This document shows, piece after piece, positions 1 through 12,592 of a stretch of DNA of 64,000 nucleotides. Source of the DNA: Octopus sinensis (Eukaryota); NCBI RefSeq assembly GCF_006345805.1, contig NC_043005.1, positions 52,762,001 to 52,826,000 on the forward strand, in the 5' to 3' direction. How positions within the stretch are numbered: position 1 is the stretch's first letter; every line of letters starts with the position of its first letter. The notes under the pieces are model-generated. The model ran no database searches. It worked only from the letters and a program-made list of their open reading frames with translations, and was not told the origin of the DNA. Position numbers and translations under genes: made by a program.

Positions 1-1474
1 GTGCAGCAGTCCTTTTTGCATTTAATAACTTTTACAGTATACTAGTGTTTATTAAGTAATTTTTTTATGGAACATAAATTTACTGCATTAGTTAAAGAAA
101 CAAATAATTAACTTATGAAGAAATCGCAAAACTTTTGGGAATTTAAGTATTGATCCATCAAAACAATATGATTCAACATAAAAGGGTGTTACTTCAGCCG
201 CACATTGTATATATGTGTTGTGGGTGTGTGTGTGTTTTCACATGCATATCTTTCTATATATGTAGACATGTATTTATGTATAGAAAGATTCGATGGACAG
301 ATAGAGAGAAAGAGATAGGGAGAGAGAGAGATTAATAATTCATGTATATTTATGGGTGCATAGAAATGCTAAATCTTAAAAGAAATATTAACAAATTTAC
401 CTCTATAATGCCGGCCCCAAATATGACTTTGATTTTCACTTTTTACCAAAATTAAATAAAGTTTCGCCACTTATGTGAATATTCTGTTATTCAGGTAATT
501 CTACTGTCTTCCTTCGCAGCTTGTATCGGATAAGTATACTGACTGAACTACCCAGTTGTTTTAACTCTCTAAATGCATTTTTTTTAAACGACACCGTCAA
601 TTTTTTGTTTCTGTTGATTCTTGTGACTGGCTACACTCGTTTTCTATCCGGAACATAAATCCGTTTTCCAACACTTCACATCTGTTGTCGAAGTGGTTGC
701 AGAGCAACACGATATTAAGTGGTTTGCATAACACAACATACCGTTCCAGGAATTGAAACCGAGATACCGTTATTAGCGACATTTCGTTCGTCTTTCCTTT
801 CTGCGTTCGAATCCCGCCGAGAAAACAAAAACTGAGAAAAAACAAAATGAGACCAGAATCAGGGTGTGTGTGTGTGTGCGAATATTAAAGCCCTCAATGT
901 TGGTTTCCTTGTCCTGTTTTTATGCTTTATGTGTACTGTATTTTTATTTGTATTGCTTTTACGTCCTGTTCTTGTCACTTCTATTCTTTTTTTACCGCTC
1001 TGCAAAAGGAATTTTATTTAATTCCTTCTGAAGGAAGGATTGCTTCGGCGGATCGTGTTCTGCCCTTACCTTCGAGCTGGCAGAAACGTTAGCACGCCGA
1101 GCGAAATGCGCCATGTCATGCGCCCTCAAAAGCAATCAAATTACCAAAACTTTATTTGTCATATGTCCTGGCAACACCCAGAGAATATTCTTATCTACTT
1201 GACGCTTTTCTAAAATAAACGCCATTGTTTTTATCGATTATTGGGATGGCGATATCTGCTCAAAGACACGACCTCATCTCTCTAGTTACTAAAATGCAAA
1301 CCCGACGAATTTTTATGGTTTCCTAGAAAAGATTAAAGAGTCGGTTCTAAATGATGTTTGTTGTTCACTGATTACATGACGATGGTCAGTGGCGTTTCAG
1401 TCGTGATCATCCCGTCGATTTACTTATATTCCAGTGGGTGATGTGTTCTGTCGTAGTTAAAACGATAGATTGAT

Positions 1475-1638
1475 AGGCGCAGTAGTGGCTGTGTGGTAAG
1501 TAGATTGCTAATCAACCACAGGGTTCCGGGTTCAGTACCACTGCGTGGCATCTTGGGCAAGTGTCTTCTGCTATAGCCTCGGGCCGACCAATGCCTTGTG
1601 AGTGGATTTGGTAGACGGAAACTGAAAGAAGCCCGTCG

Positions 1639-1675
<37 letters not shown>

Positions 1676-1845
1676 ATGTGTTTGTTCTGTGTTTGTCCCC
1701 CTAGCATTGCTTGACAACCGATGCTGGTGTGTTTACGTCCCCGTCACTTAGCGGTTCGGCAAAAGAAACCGATAGAATAAGTCCTGGCGGTGCAAGGCAT
1801 GGCCGCAGTCAAATGACTGAAACAAGTAAAAGAGTAAAGAGAGTG
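1475..1845 (+). mobile_element. tRNA-derived SINE, family A
   Basis: Head GGCGCAGTAGTGGCTGTGTGG...GGTTCAGTACC (A/B-box-like), internal (TA)n(TG)n, tail GCATGGCCGCAGTCAAATGACTGAAAC; more than 12 homologous copies in the window. Confidence 0.85.
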
Positions 1846-2202
1846 GAAGTTGGCTATTATTCCTTAACATTGTTTCAAATGCTTACGATAAGGCTGATAG
1901 CGCAAATGATCGATTGATGGACATTCATTAGTCCTGAAACCCTCATCTGCAAACATTATTGGAATGTACCACATGGAGTGGATGATAATTTTCATAGATC
2001 CCTCCGAAATCTCGCCGTTTTATCTAAGTCCGGCCTTACTATCAAGACGAACCATTCACTTGTTAAATGGCATCTGTGACTAAATCATTCCATTAGACGA
2101 ATGTTAATGATTATGTTCTATACGGTTTATTCCCCAAATGTGTTTGGAATAGTGAAATGTTCATGTGCATGGATGATCCCAAGTACAATACGAGCTCTAA
2201 CT

Positions 2203-2975
2203 TGCGAGCTTGCAGAAACCTTAGCACGCCGGGCGAAATGCGTAGCCGTATTTCGTCTGCCGTTACGTTCTGGGTTCAAATTCCGCCGAGGTCGACTTTG
2301 CCTTTCATCCTTTCGGGATCGATTAAATAAGTACCAGTTACGCACTGAGGTCAATATATTCGACTTAATCCGTTTGTCTGTCCTTGTTTGTCCTCTCTGT
2401 GTTTAGCCCCTTGTGGGTAGTAAAGAAATACGCATTTCGCCTGCCGCTACGTTCTGAGTTCAAATTCCGCCGAGGTCGACTTTGCCTATCATCCTTTCGG
2501 GATCGATTAAATAAGTACCAGTTATGCACTGAGGTCAATATATTCGACTTAATCCGTTTGTTTGTCCTTGTTTGTCCTCTATGTGTTTGGCCCCTTGTGG
2601 GCAGTAAAGAAATTGGCATTTCAGTTGCCGCTACGTTCTGAGTTCAAATTCCACCGAGGTCGACTTTGCCTTTCATCCTTTCGGGGTCGATTAAATAAGT
2701 ACCAGTTACGCACTGGGGTCGATATAATCGACTTAATCCTTTTGTCTGTCCTTGTTTGTCTTCTATGTGTTTAGCCCCTTGTGGGTAGTAAAGAAATAGG
2801 TATGTCGTCTGTCTTTACGTTCTGAGTTCAAATTCCGTCGAGGTCAACTTTGCCTTTCATCCTTTCGGGGTCGATAAATTAAGCACCAGTAAAACAATGG
2901 GCCGATGTAATTGACTAGACCCCCTTCCTTCAAATTTCAGGCCATGTGACTATGGTAGAAAGGATTATTATTAGA
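2203..2975 (+). mobile_element. SINE family B, head plus four tandem units of about 183 bp
   Basis: Unit starts near 2251, 2434, 2618 and 2801 (ATTTCGTCTGCCG...TTCAAATTCCGCCGAGGTCGACTTTGCCTTTCATCCTTTCGGG); single head GAGCTTGCAGAAACCTTAGCACGCCGGGCG; a further copy at about 2985-3180. Confidence 0.85.
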
Positions 2976-3200
2976 TATTTTATTGGCTGAACGATATTTC
3001 GACAGTAAGTGTGTCACGAAATGCTTGGCGATATTTCGCCCATCGCTACGTTCTGAGTTCAAATTCTGCCGCTGTCTATTTTGCCTTTCATCCTTTCGAA
3101 ATCGATAAATTAAGTACCATTGAAACACTTGTGTCGGTGTAATTGACTTAACCCCTCCCCCATATTGGCTGCCCTTGTAGCTCTTGTTGCAACATTATTA

Positions 3201-3243
<43 letters not shown>

Positions 3244-3372
3244 GTATTATTATAGTATTATTATTATTATTACTATTATTAATATTATTATTAATATTAT
3301 TATATTATTATTACTATATTATTATTATTATGATTATTATTATTATTATTTTCCTTTTATTATTATTTTGAT

Positions 3373-3923
3373 GAGTGAGCGAGCAGAGCATGCCTTCAAA
3401 GTGTCACTGGGGGAAAAGATACGAAGCCAGTATACCCATCATGACTACCCGTCTGATAAGGGTACACCAGGCACATGCACACAACCATATGTGCGCGACA
3501 TGGTGATCTCATATCAAGATAAACAGCAAATGACCTTGCAGGGGGGCCCAGCTAGAATTTTCTTCAGGTCGAGTAACCCATCCCGCTCAAAAGATCCCTG
3601 ATAAGGGTTGTTTAAGGACGTTGAACGAAACACCATGTTTCCAGAGGTGAATTATTCAAACCCCAAAGAATCTTCTCAACACATGGCTATGATGCTCCCC
3701 CACTACTTCTGCTCGTGATCAGAGATGACACAATCGTCAGCCACTAAGGCACATGCTCAACTGGTTAAGGTCAAACAACTGACAAGCAAATCTGTGGTAT
3801 TGAGCAGAATATTTGCTGTAGCCCATCTTTTATACCAAGACAAAACAATGTACTGATAACACTCCAATCAGTCAGTTAAGATCAGAAGCCATGAGAGCCA
3901 CTGCCTGGTACTGCATCAGGGCA
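3373..3923 (-). mobile_element. About 550-bp non-coding interspersed element embedded in (ATT/AAT)n
   Basis: Near-identical to 4120-4672 and to the reverse complement of 34284-34832 and 35714-36258; both flanks are ATT microsatellite. Strand inferred from the variable 5' end and the (AAT)n 3' end. Confidence 0.8.
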
Positions 3924-3959
3924 TTTATTTGATTATATTATTATTATTATTATATTATG

Positions 3960-4024
<65 letters not shown>

Positions 4025-4119
4025 ATTATTATAATATTATATTATTATTAATATTATTATTATTATTACTATTATATTATTATTATTATTATTATTATTT
4101 CCTTATTATTATTATTATT

Positions 4120-4672
4120 GAGTGAGCAAACAGAGCATGCCATCAAAGTGACACTGGGGTAAAATATACGAAGCCCAGTATACCCATCATGACTACCCGT
4201 CTGATAAGGGTACACCAGGCACATGCATCACAACCATATGTGCGCGACATGGTGATCTCATATCAAGATAAACAGCACATGACCTTGCAGGTGGGGCCCA
4301 GCTAGAATTTTCTTCAGGTCGAGTAACCCATCCCGCTCAAAAGGTCCATGAATAAGGGTTGTTTAAGGACGTTGAACGAAACACCCATGTTTCCAGAGGT
4401 GAATTATTCAAACCCCAAAGAATCCCTCTCAACACATGGCTATGATGCTCCCCCACTACTTCTGCTCGTGATCAGAGATGCACATATCGTCAGCCACTAA
4501 GGGACATGCTCAACTGGTTAAGGTCAAACAACTGAAAAGCATATCTGTGGTATTGAGCAGAATATTTGCTGTAGCCCATCTTTATACCAAGACAAAACAA
4601 TGTACATGATAACACTTCCAATCAGTTAAGATCAGAAGCCATGAGAGCCACTGCTGGTACTGCATCAGGGCA
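4120..4672 (-). mobile_element. Second tandem copy of the (AAT)n-embedded element
   Basis: Direct repeat of 3373-3923 at about 750-bp period, including a similar interrupted ATT flank. Confidence 0.8.
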
Positions 4673-4739
4673 TTATTAATTATTATTATTATTAATATTA
4701 TATTATCATTATTATTATTATTATTAATTTTTTATTATT

Positions 4740-4770
<31 letters not shown>

Positions 4771-4779
4771 TATTATTAT

Positions 4780-4817
<38 letters not shown>

Positions 4818-5279
4818 TTGTTGTTGTTATTATTATTATTAGTATTATTGTTGTTGTTGTTGTTGTTGTTATTATTATTAGTATATTTAAATTCTTTCGT
4901 CAGACATACTATGATCTCCTCATCGACTCTCTGCTCCACCTGTTTCTTCTTATCCTGCTTAATCCATTATTAAAAATTGTATTTGATATCTACTTTTCTA
5001 CTGTTTGTCAAGTGGATTGTTTCTCAAATAATTTTTGCTCGGAACAATTGTACATTTTTCCCTGGTTAAAACGGAATTTCCCACTTGGTGCAGCTACATA
5101 TTTTAGTAATTGTTTGCAAGTGCTATGCTACTTGTGAAGCTTACTTTCAAACGACGCAAATGTCTCGTTTTCACAAATGCAAGTTTATGGTTGCATGAAA
5201 ATGAAAAATCAGACAAGCTGAAGTAGACGGGGTGGGCAGTGGGAGAGGAGAAAAGACAGAGAAATACACACACACACAT

Positions 5280-6310
<1,031 letters not shown>

Positions 6311-6408
6311 GATAAAACCATTATGTGAAATATCGATCTATCCGATGGCTTGCGGGGAATAAAAATCTCAACGTTAATAATTGATTATTGAAATTATAAT
6401 AAGGGTAT

Positions 6409-6521
6409 CTAAGAGATACCACCACGCCAGAAATAGCACCCAAAACTTGACACTGAAACCGCATTAATGGGTTTTAGAGTAAAGTTTTGGCTGCTATTTC
6501 TAGCGTCGTGTTATCTCTTAG
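6409..6521. repeat. About 40-bp imperfect inverted repeat
   Basis: CTAAGAGATACCACCACGCCAGAAATAGCACCCAAAACTT (6409-6448) versus the reverse complement of 6482-6521; 4 mismatches, 33-nt spacer. Confidence 0.75.
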
Positions 6522-6564
6522 AAACTATTAATAAATTTTATATATATACATATATATATATATT

Positions 6565-8048
6565 TCTAGTTTCAGCTCAGAGCTGCGGCCATGCTGATGC
6601 ATCGCCGTTTTGTGCTACACGGTTCATTCGAAGAACCTCGTCTAATATGTAGCACTTGGTGAAGAATGGAGTTCGATATAGCTACTCTCATTTGCACCTC
6701 TTGCCGTGAGGTAGGTTCATCTGGGACTCTTGACAGGAAGATGTCCAGCTTTGATTTAAAAACCGCTACATCTACTTTGTGCAAGTTCCTCAGACTCTTT
6801 GTGAGAATATTAAAAAGTTGTGGGCCCTTGAATCCCAGGATTTGCAGAAGCTGGTCCTGAAGCGTGATGGCACTATGCAGTGTCGTCCCGTTCTAGCATT
6901 GGTGTAGCTTACAATGCCAAAATTTGGCACAATTCCTTCCAGGATCTTCCAAACATATATTGTTGCATACCTCTCCCGTTTTCTCTCCAGGGAGTAGAGT
7001 CTTAGCTGTTTCAACCTTTCCCAGTAGCTGAGCTGTTGCAAAGAGACGATCCTCTTTGTGAATTTTCTCTGGATTGCTTCAAGGTCCGCTGTTAATTTCA
7101 GACTGGTGGGTGACCATAGCTGTGAGCAGTAATCCAGGCGGCTGAGGACGAATGTCCGCCAGATGACCAACATCGTTTCCTTATCTCTGGTTCTGAATGT
7201 TCTTAGGATCCATCCATCCAGTCGTCTGCACTTTGTCGCAATCCTGGTAATGTGCACTTGGAAAGAGGTATCATCACTCATGTCGATACCCAGATCCCTC
7301 ACAGACTTAGGGTATGGGATTGAAATTCCCTGTGGACCGGTGTATCCTGTAAGTTTATTATTCAGTTTTGGATGCTGGTAGCGCAGGGCCTGGAATTTTT
7401 CAGCATTAAGCTGCATATTATTATCCTCAGCCCATCTGTAGATTGAGTCCAATTCCTGCTGCAGGTGTGCAACATCGCTGGGGTTCTGTATTTTCAGCGA
7501 GAATTTCGTATCGTCTGCATAGCTTGCCAGAGTGGCTATCCGGGCATATCTGAGAGGGCCACTATCAAAAGCAGTGGTCCCAAGACAGTGCCCTGTGGAA
7601 CACCGCTCACTATTTGTGTGTTCATAGAGGTGGCTCCATTAACCACTACTGCCTGACTCCTATCTTTCAGGAAGTCATTTAACCACACTCCAAGTTTTCC
7701 AGCTATGCCGAGATCACGCAGTTTGTGGCATATCATACCATGATCCACCTTGTCAAAAGCTTTTGAAAAATCAAGGTAGATTACGTCCACATTTGATTTG
7801 TTGAGTAACTGCCTCAACACCCAGTCATAATGTTGTAAGAGCTGGGTCAGGCAGCTCCTACCTGGTCGAAAACCATGCTAGGTATCACTCAGCAAGTTAT
7901 TTTCCTCAAGGAATGCGATTAGTTTCATTCTGACTATCCGTTCCAGGAATTTGCTGATGTGTGAAATCAGAGAGATAGGCCTATAGTTTTTGTCATCTGC
8001 TCTACTTCCCCCTTTATGTATTGGGTATATTATTTCTTCCTTCAGCTT
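6565..8048 (-). mobile_element. 5'-truncated CR1/L2-group LINE (reverse transcriptase and C-terminus), frameshifted
   Basis: Motifs YLDFSKAFDKVDH, SGVPQGTVLGPLL, FVLSRLDYCSQLWSP and FKSKLDIFLSRVPDEP in ORFs 7536-7820, 6790-7452 and 6572-6784. Confidence 0.9.
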
Positions 8049-8599
8049 GCTATATATATATAACGGAAGTTAATTAGTCCGATGGGGATTTCCAAAGTTA
8101 AAACGCTGACGAAAATGCAAACTTTGGTAATTAACGATAAACGGTTTCGTGCCTAGATTTATATTTGTTTTTGTTTTTATTTTTGTGAATTCTCCCTATA
8201 TAGATATTAGTTATTAATATTTGAGAGAATAAAATCCCCAAAATGGTGTAATTTAAATGTTCATTTTGAATTGGCAAAAGGTGTTTATTTTTAAAAATCA
8301 TATGTATATAGATATATATAATATATATATATATATATATAAGTTAAATTAGAGATAAAACCACTATTAGGCAAATCAAACTGTGAAAAACATAAACCAA
8401 AACATAGAAATAAAAATAATTAATATAATATACAAAATATATAATATATATAATATTTTAATTATTTAAATTGAAAGTTAAAAATTTAAGATTATTAATT
8501 TACATTTATAAATTTATATATATATATATATTTAATTTTTTTTTATTAAATATATATATCTATCAAAAAGTATTAAAAATTTAATATAAGATAAATATA

Positions 8600-9172
8600 T
8601 ATGTATGCATGTATGTATGTATGTATGTATGTATGTATGTATGTATGTATGTATGTATGTATGTGCAAGCCATTCAAACACAACTCTAATCCGATTTTCA
8701 CACATACACACAAAAAAAACTTTTTCTGCATTAATCGAACAGTAAAGAACGAAAGCCAAAAAATCTGTTATGATAGTATAAATATAATTACTAACATGCG
8801 TGGTATTCGCTGTTTATTTCTCATCATGGCTTAGATACAATTATAAAACTTTAAAATACGACAGCCAAGATAAGATGGACGGTAAAACTGTACTTATTAT
8901 AGATACTTGAACAGGGATCGGAAAGGCAGTGGCAGAACATCTATCACAAGGAACTAACGTTATATTAACATACTGTAACTTAACTAAAGCGAACACAGCA
9001 GCCGATGAAATGCTTTCTTCAACTGGTGTTTATTGGAAAATGATCAAATTTTCGTTCTTAATTGTCCGGTTGATGCAGAAAAAGTATTTTTTTGTGTATG
9101 TGTGAAAATCGGATTAGGGTTGTGTTTGAATGGCTTGCATATACATACATACATACATACATACATACATAC
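8600..9172. repeat. Inverted-repeat cassette: (TATG)n plus about 73-bp unique arm on each side of a 329-bp insert
   Basis: 8665-8737 GCAAGCCATTCAAACACAACTCTAATCCGATTTTCACACATACAC... matches the reverse complement of 9067-9138; microsatellites also mirrored (TATG left, CATA right). Confidence 0.85.
8770..9066 (+). pseudogene. Decayed N-terminal fragment of a retinol-dehydrogenase-like short-chain dehydrogenase/reductase
   Basis: One frame from 8770 reads MIV*I*LLTCVVFAVYFSSWLRYNYKTLKYDSQDKMDGKTVLIIDT*TGIGKAVAEHLSQGTNVILTYCNLTKANTAADEMLSSTG; this follows the RDH11-14-type pattern of membrane anchor plus GKTVxITGxxxGIGK Rossmann motif, with three in-frame stops. Confidence 0.72.
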
Positions 9173-9338
9173 AGGCACAGGAGTGGATGTGTGGTAAGTA
9201 GCTTGCTAACCAAGAACTTGGTTCCGGGTTCAGTCCCACTGCGTGGCATCTTGGGCAAGTGTCTTCTGCTATAGCCCCGGGCCGACCAATGCCTTGTGAG
9301 TGGATTTGGTAGACGGAAACGGAAAGAAGCCTGTCGTA

Positions 9339-9379
<41 letters not shown>

Positions 9380-9598
9380 TTGTGTGTCTGTGTTTGTCCC
9401 CCTAGCATTGCTTGACAACCGATGCTGGTGTGTTTACGTCCCCGTCACCTAGCGGTTCGGCAAAAAGAGACCGATACAATAAGTACTGGGCTTACAAAGA
9501 ATAAGTCCCGGGGTCGATTTGCTCGACTAAAGGCGGTGCTCCAGCATGGCCACAGTCAAATGACTGAAACAAGCAAAAGAGGAAAAGATAGAGTAAAG
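9173..9598 (+). mobile_element. SINE family A, full length
   Basis: Head, internal microsatellite and tail as in the other copies. Confidence 0.85.
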
Positions 9599-9743
9599 AA
9601 TAAATTAAAAAATAGCAAGTTCTGGGGTTCGATTCATTCGAAGCACATTTCTTCAAGGAATTGCTCCAGCATTGCCGCAGTCTAATGATTGAAATAAACC
9701 CGGATTCGCCGGATATTTATTTCGGTACTGTAACAAAATGGCT

Positions 9744-10165
9744 GGATTTTTTCGGTTTGAACGGCAGTTTTTAAGATAATTTCTAGGTAACTAAAAAATT
9801 TTAAACTTCGTATACTGGTAGAATTTGTTTATAAAACATCTTTTTCTCTTGACTTTATTGAGAAAATTCTACAGTTTGTAAGATATTTGTTGTTTTTTTC
9901 TTCAATTTCTGCAATTTCAACCAATCAGTGGCGTCCAGTGAGGTAAAAAAAACATTCTGTGCCGTATGAATATGTCCCTCGTTTAAGAAGCAACCTGGGT
10001 ATATTTACATTTGTGAAGAAAAAAGATACACTTCCCCCACCCCTAACCCTAACCCTAACCCTGAAATAGATTGAAATGCAATAGATCGATACTAGGGTCA
10101 GAATTATGGGTGACATTTTCATATGACACTGCTAGAAAAATCTGCCGTTCAAACTGAAAAGATCC
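9744..10165. mobile_element. MITE-like non-autonomous DNA transposon with internal (CCCTAA)3
   Basis: Ends GGATTTTTTCGGTTTGAACGGCAG and CTGCCGTTCAAACTGAAAAGATCC are inverted repeats; no ORF; TSD not resolved. Confidence 0.65.
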
Positions 10166-10537
10166 TAATGGTTATAAACCCAAACTCGACCATCAAAGTT
10201 TAAAAGGTTTTTATCGAATAAAAATAGAGCAAAACCAAACTTGAACGCAATAACATTTTAATGCAGCGAGTTGCTACATTCTCGACGAACTAAAATCAAA
10301 GCTGCACCTGTCGTGCCGCAAACAGAACAGAACTCCGCGCAGCCGCACTGGAAGGTACATAATGGCAATCGAGACGATCAAAATCACGTGATCAAAGCTA
10401 CACTCAAAATTTGTCTCTTTTTTAAGCTTCACTCGTCATTCTGTGGCCACTCTGGGGCACCGCTTTGAAGAATCGACCTCATTCCTTGTTATTATTATTA
10501 TTATTATTATGATTATATTATTATTATTATTATTATA

Positions 10538-10600
<63 letters not shown>

Positions 10601-10601
10601 A

Positions 10602-10999
10602 GAGAAGAGAATTAATACTTTCGAGCTAGGAGAAGAGAATTAATACATTCGAGCTTTGGTGTTGGAGAAGACTTTTACGGATTCCATGGACAGAGAGACT
10701 CACCAATGGAGAAGTTTTTAAGCAGATAAGGCCGAAAATGTCGTTAGAAGCTAGGATCACACCAGCATAGATTGGCATATTCGGTCATATTATGCGGAGA
10801 AAATCCCTGGAGGAGGACATCATACTCGGAATGGTCAGTGGCAAGAGAGGAAGAGGCCGACCAGAACCCGCGTTGCTTCACACCATCAAGAGTGATACCG
10901 GAATGGACATGGCCAGTCTGAATGAAGCGGCCCAGGAGAGAACTGACTGCAAGACACTCTGATCCAATGAGGACCGAGAGTCGACTTCCACTGAGCGGA
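10602..10999 (+). mobile_element. RTE-clade LINE 3' fragment
   Basis: Frameshifted translation RINTFELWCWRRLLRIPWTERLTN...AYSVILCG/FGHIMR...LEEDIILGMVSGKRGRGRP, typical of the RTE/BovB-like ORF2 C-terminus. Confidence 0.8.
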
Positions 11000-11001
11000 T
11001 A

Positions 11002-11500
11002 TCCTATATATATAAAACTGAGAATGTGTTGTCTGTCTGTCGGTCTTCTGTCTGTGTGTTTCCCTAAAACTTGAGAACTACACAACCAATTTCATTCACA
11101 TTTTACACAAGCCTTACTTAGGGTCCGGGGAGTGTCCATCGGCAAAATGTTTTTTTACTTTTTGCCGAGGCCGAGCCCACAGCAATATCATATCTTCTCC
11201 ACTACGATTCCCTAAAATTTGAGAACTACACAACCAATTCCATTCAAATTTTACACATGCCTTACTTAGGGTCCATGTAGTTTCATGGGCAAAGTAAATG
11301 TTCACATTCTTGCCTAGAGCGAGCCCATAGCAACTCATATCTTCTCCACTATTTCAGTATTACGTGTTAAAAGTGAAACAAAAACGTTTCTCTATTTTAT
11401 GTCAGATACTTTCACTTTAACAATAAAAATAATAATTACAATTGAATAATATGTAGTAAGTAATAATTAAAATCAAACTAAAGTAACATAACAAAAGTAA
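11002..11500 (+). mobile_element. Helitron-like non-autonomous element, 5' part
   Basis: A|TCCTATATATATAAAAC start, then TGTCTG repeats and a tandem unit of about 148 bp (11062-11209, 11210-11350); 3' CTRR/hairpin end not found, so the end coordinate is approximate. Confidence 0.45.
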
Positions 11501-12592
11501 AAATAGCAACTGGTATAATAGACGAAACCACTGTAAAATACCTTATTGTTGATGTCGCTATTTGACCTCAGATTAACTCTACTGATTCATGAGCAATGAC
11601 GTTCTTGACGTGACCATTCCCTCTGTTTAGACATAGTTTATCATAGGTGACATAATCCAATATGTTATTAATTTCCTAAAATACTGTAAATTATTGTTCC
11701 TCAAATATTAGGCTTTTATTTCTTAGCAGATCAATAGACCATGTAGGAGTTCCCTCTTAATAATGTTTGCAATCTGGTCATGAGGCAGAAAATTCAAAAT
11801 ATGTCACTTTTGAGAGTGACACAAAAAAACGCTTGTTTTAAAACGTAACTGGAACAAGGAAAATGTCAATTGCTAATACCTCAATGAATGAGTTGTGGAA
11901 AAAAATATTAATTTTACTTAATCAACATGGTAGTTCAATCAAGAATAAAGACAGGTGAAGTACATGTATTATTTGGGATCGAATAGATTGGTACTGGGCA
12001 AGATGTTGGAAGTAGTTGAAAAGGGATGCAAAACGCGTGGATACAAAGATGAATGAAATATAATATTTATACATCCGTGATGAAATGTAAACTATAGAGA
12101 ACAAAAGCACACCCTCCTTGTTCTAGCTGTTGGGTAGGCTAAAGTTTTTGAATTTTCATGCAAATAGTTACAGTCTGATCTCGTCTCTTGACGGAAATCT
12201 AAGAGTTTATCCATTCTGCACTTTCACACGGGACATGCGAAGTAAATATGTGAAGTTGGTGACAGTGAATTTTTACTACCCGACCAGGCCATTTATCTTC
12301 ATAAGTTTGTCCAAATCGTTTTTACATTTTATTACTTTTTTGGTTCCCATTGAAACATATTGTTGAAAGAATCCATATTGCATATTACTGGTACCTATTT
12401 CCAGAAACCAAAGGAGAATATGCATGAAGTGGCGAGTGTGTGATACGGAATAAAATATTCATTTCTTTTGAACTCGACAGTTTTTCTGAACAAAAACCTT
12501 ATCAACAAAATCCATTCAAATTCATATAATAATGATTTTAAATATTAATTAATATCTGAGATTTAATTCATTTCTTGTAATGTCGTTATCAG

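Noticed and set aside
597-845. ORF containing ERYVVLCKPL, resembling the opsin/class A GPCR E/DRY motif
   Set aside because: No hydrophobic TM3 before it or TM4 after it, the upstream part overlaps a decayed SINE-B head, and no supporting exons were seen
11580-12320. Weak PIF1/Helitron helicase-like words on the - strand (KSLIFEE, KNVIAH; GQTYE, MSRVK)
   Set aside because: They need several frameshifts, occur in the wrong order for the strand, and are antisense to the putative Helitron 5' end
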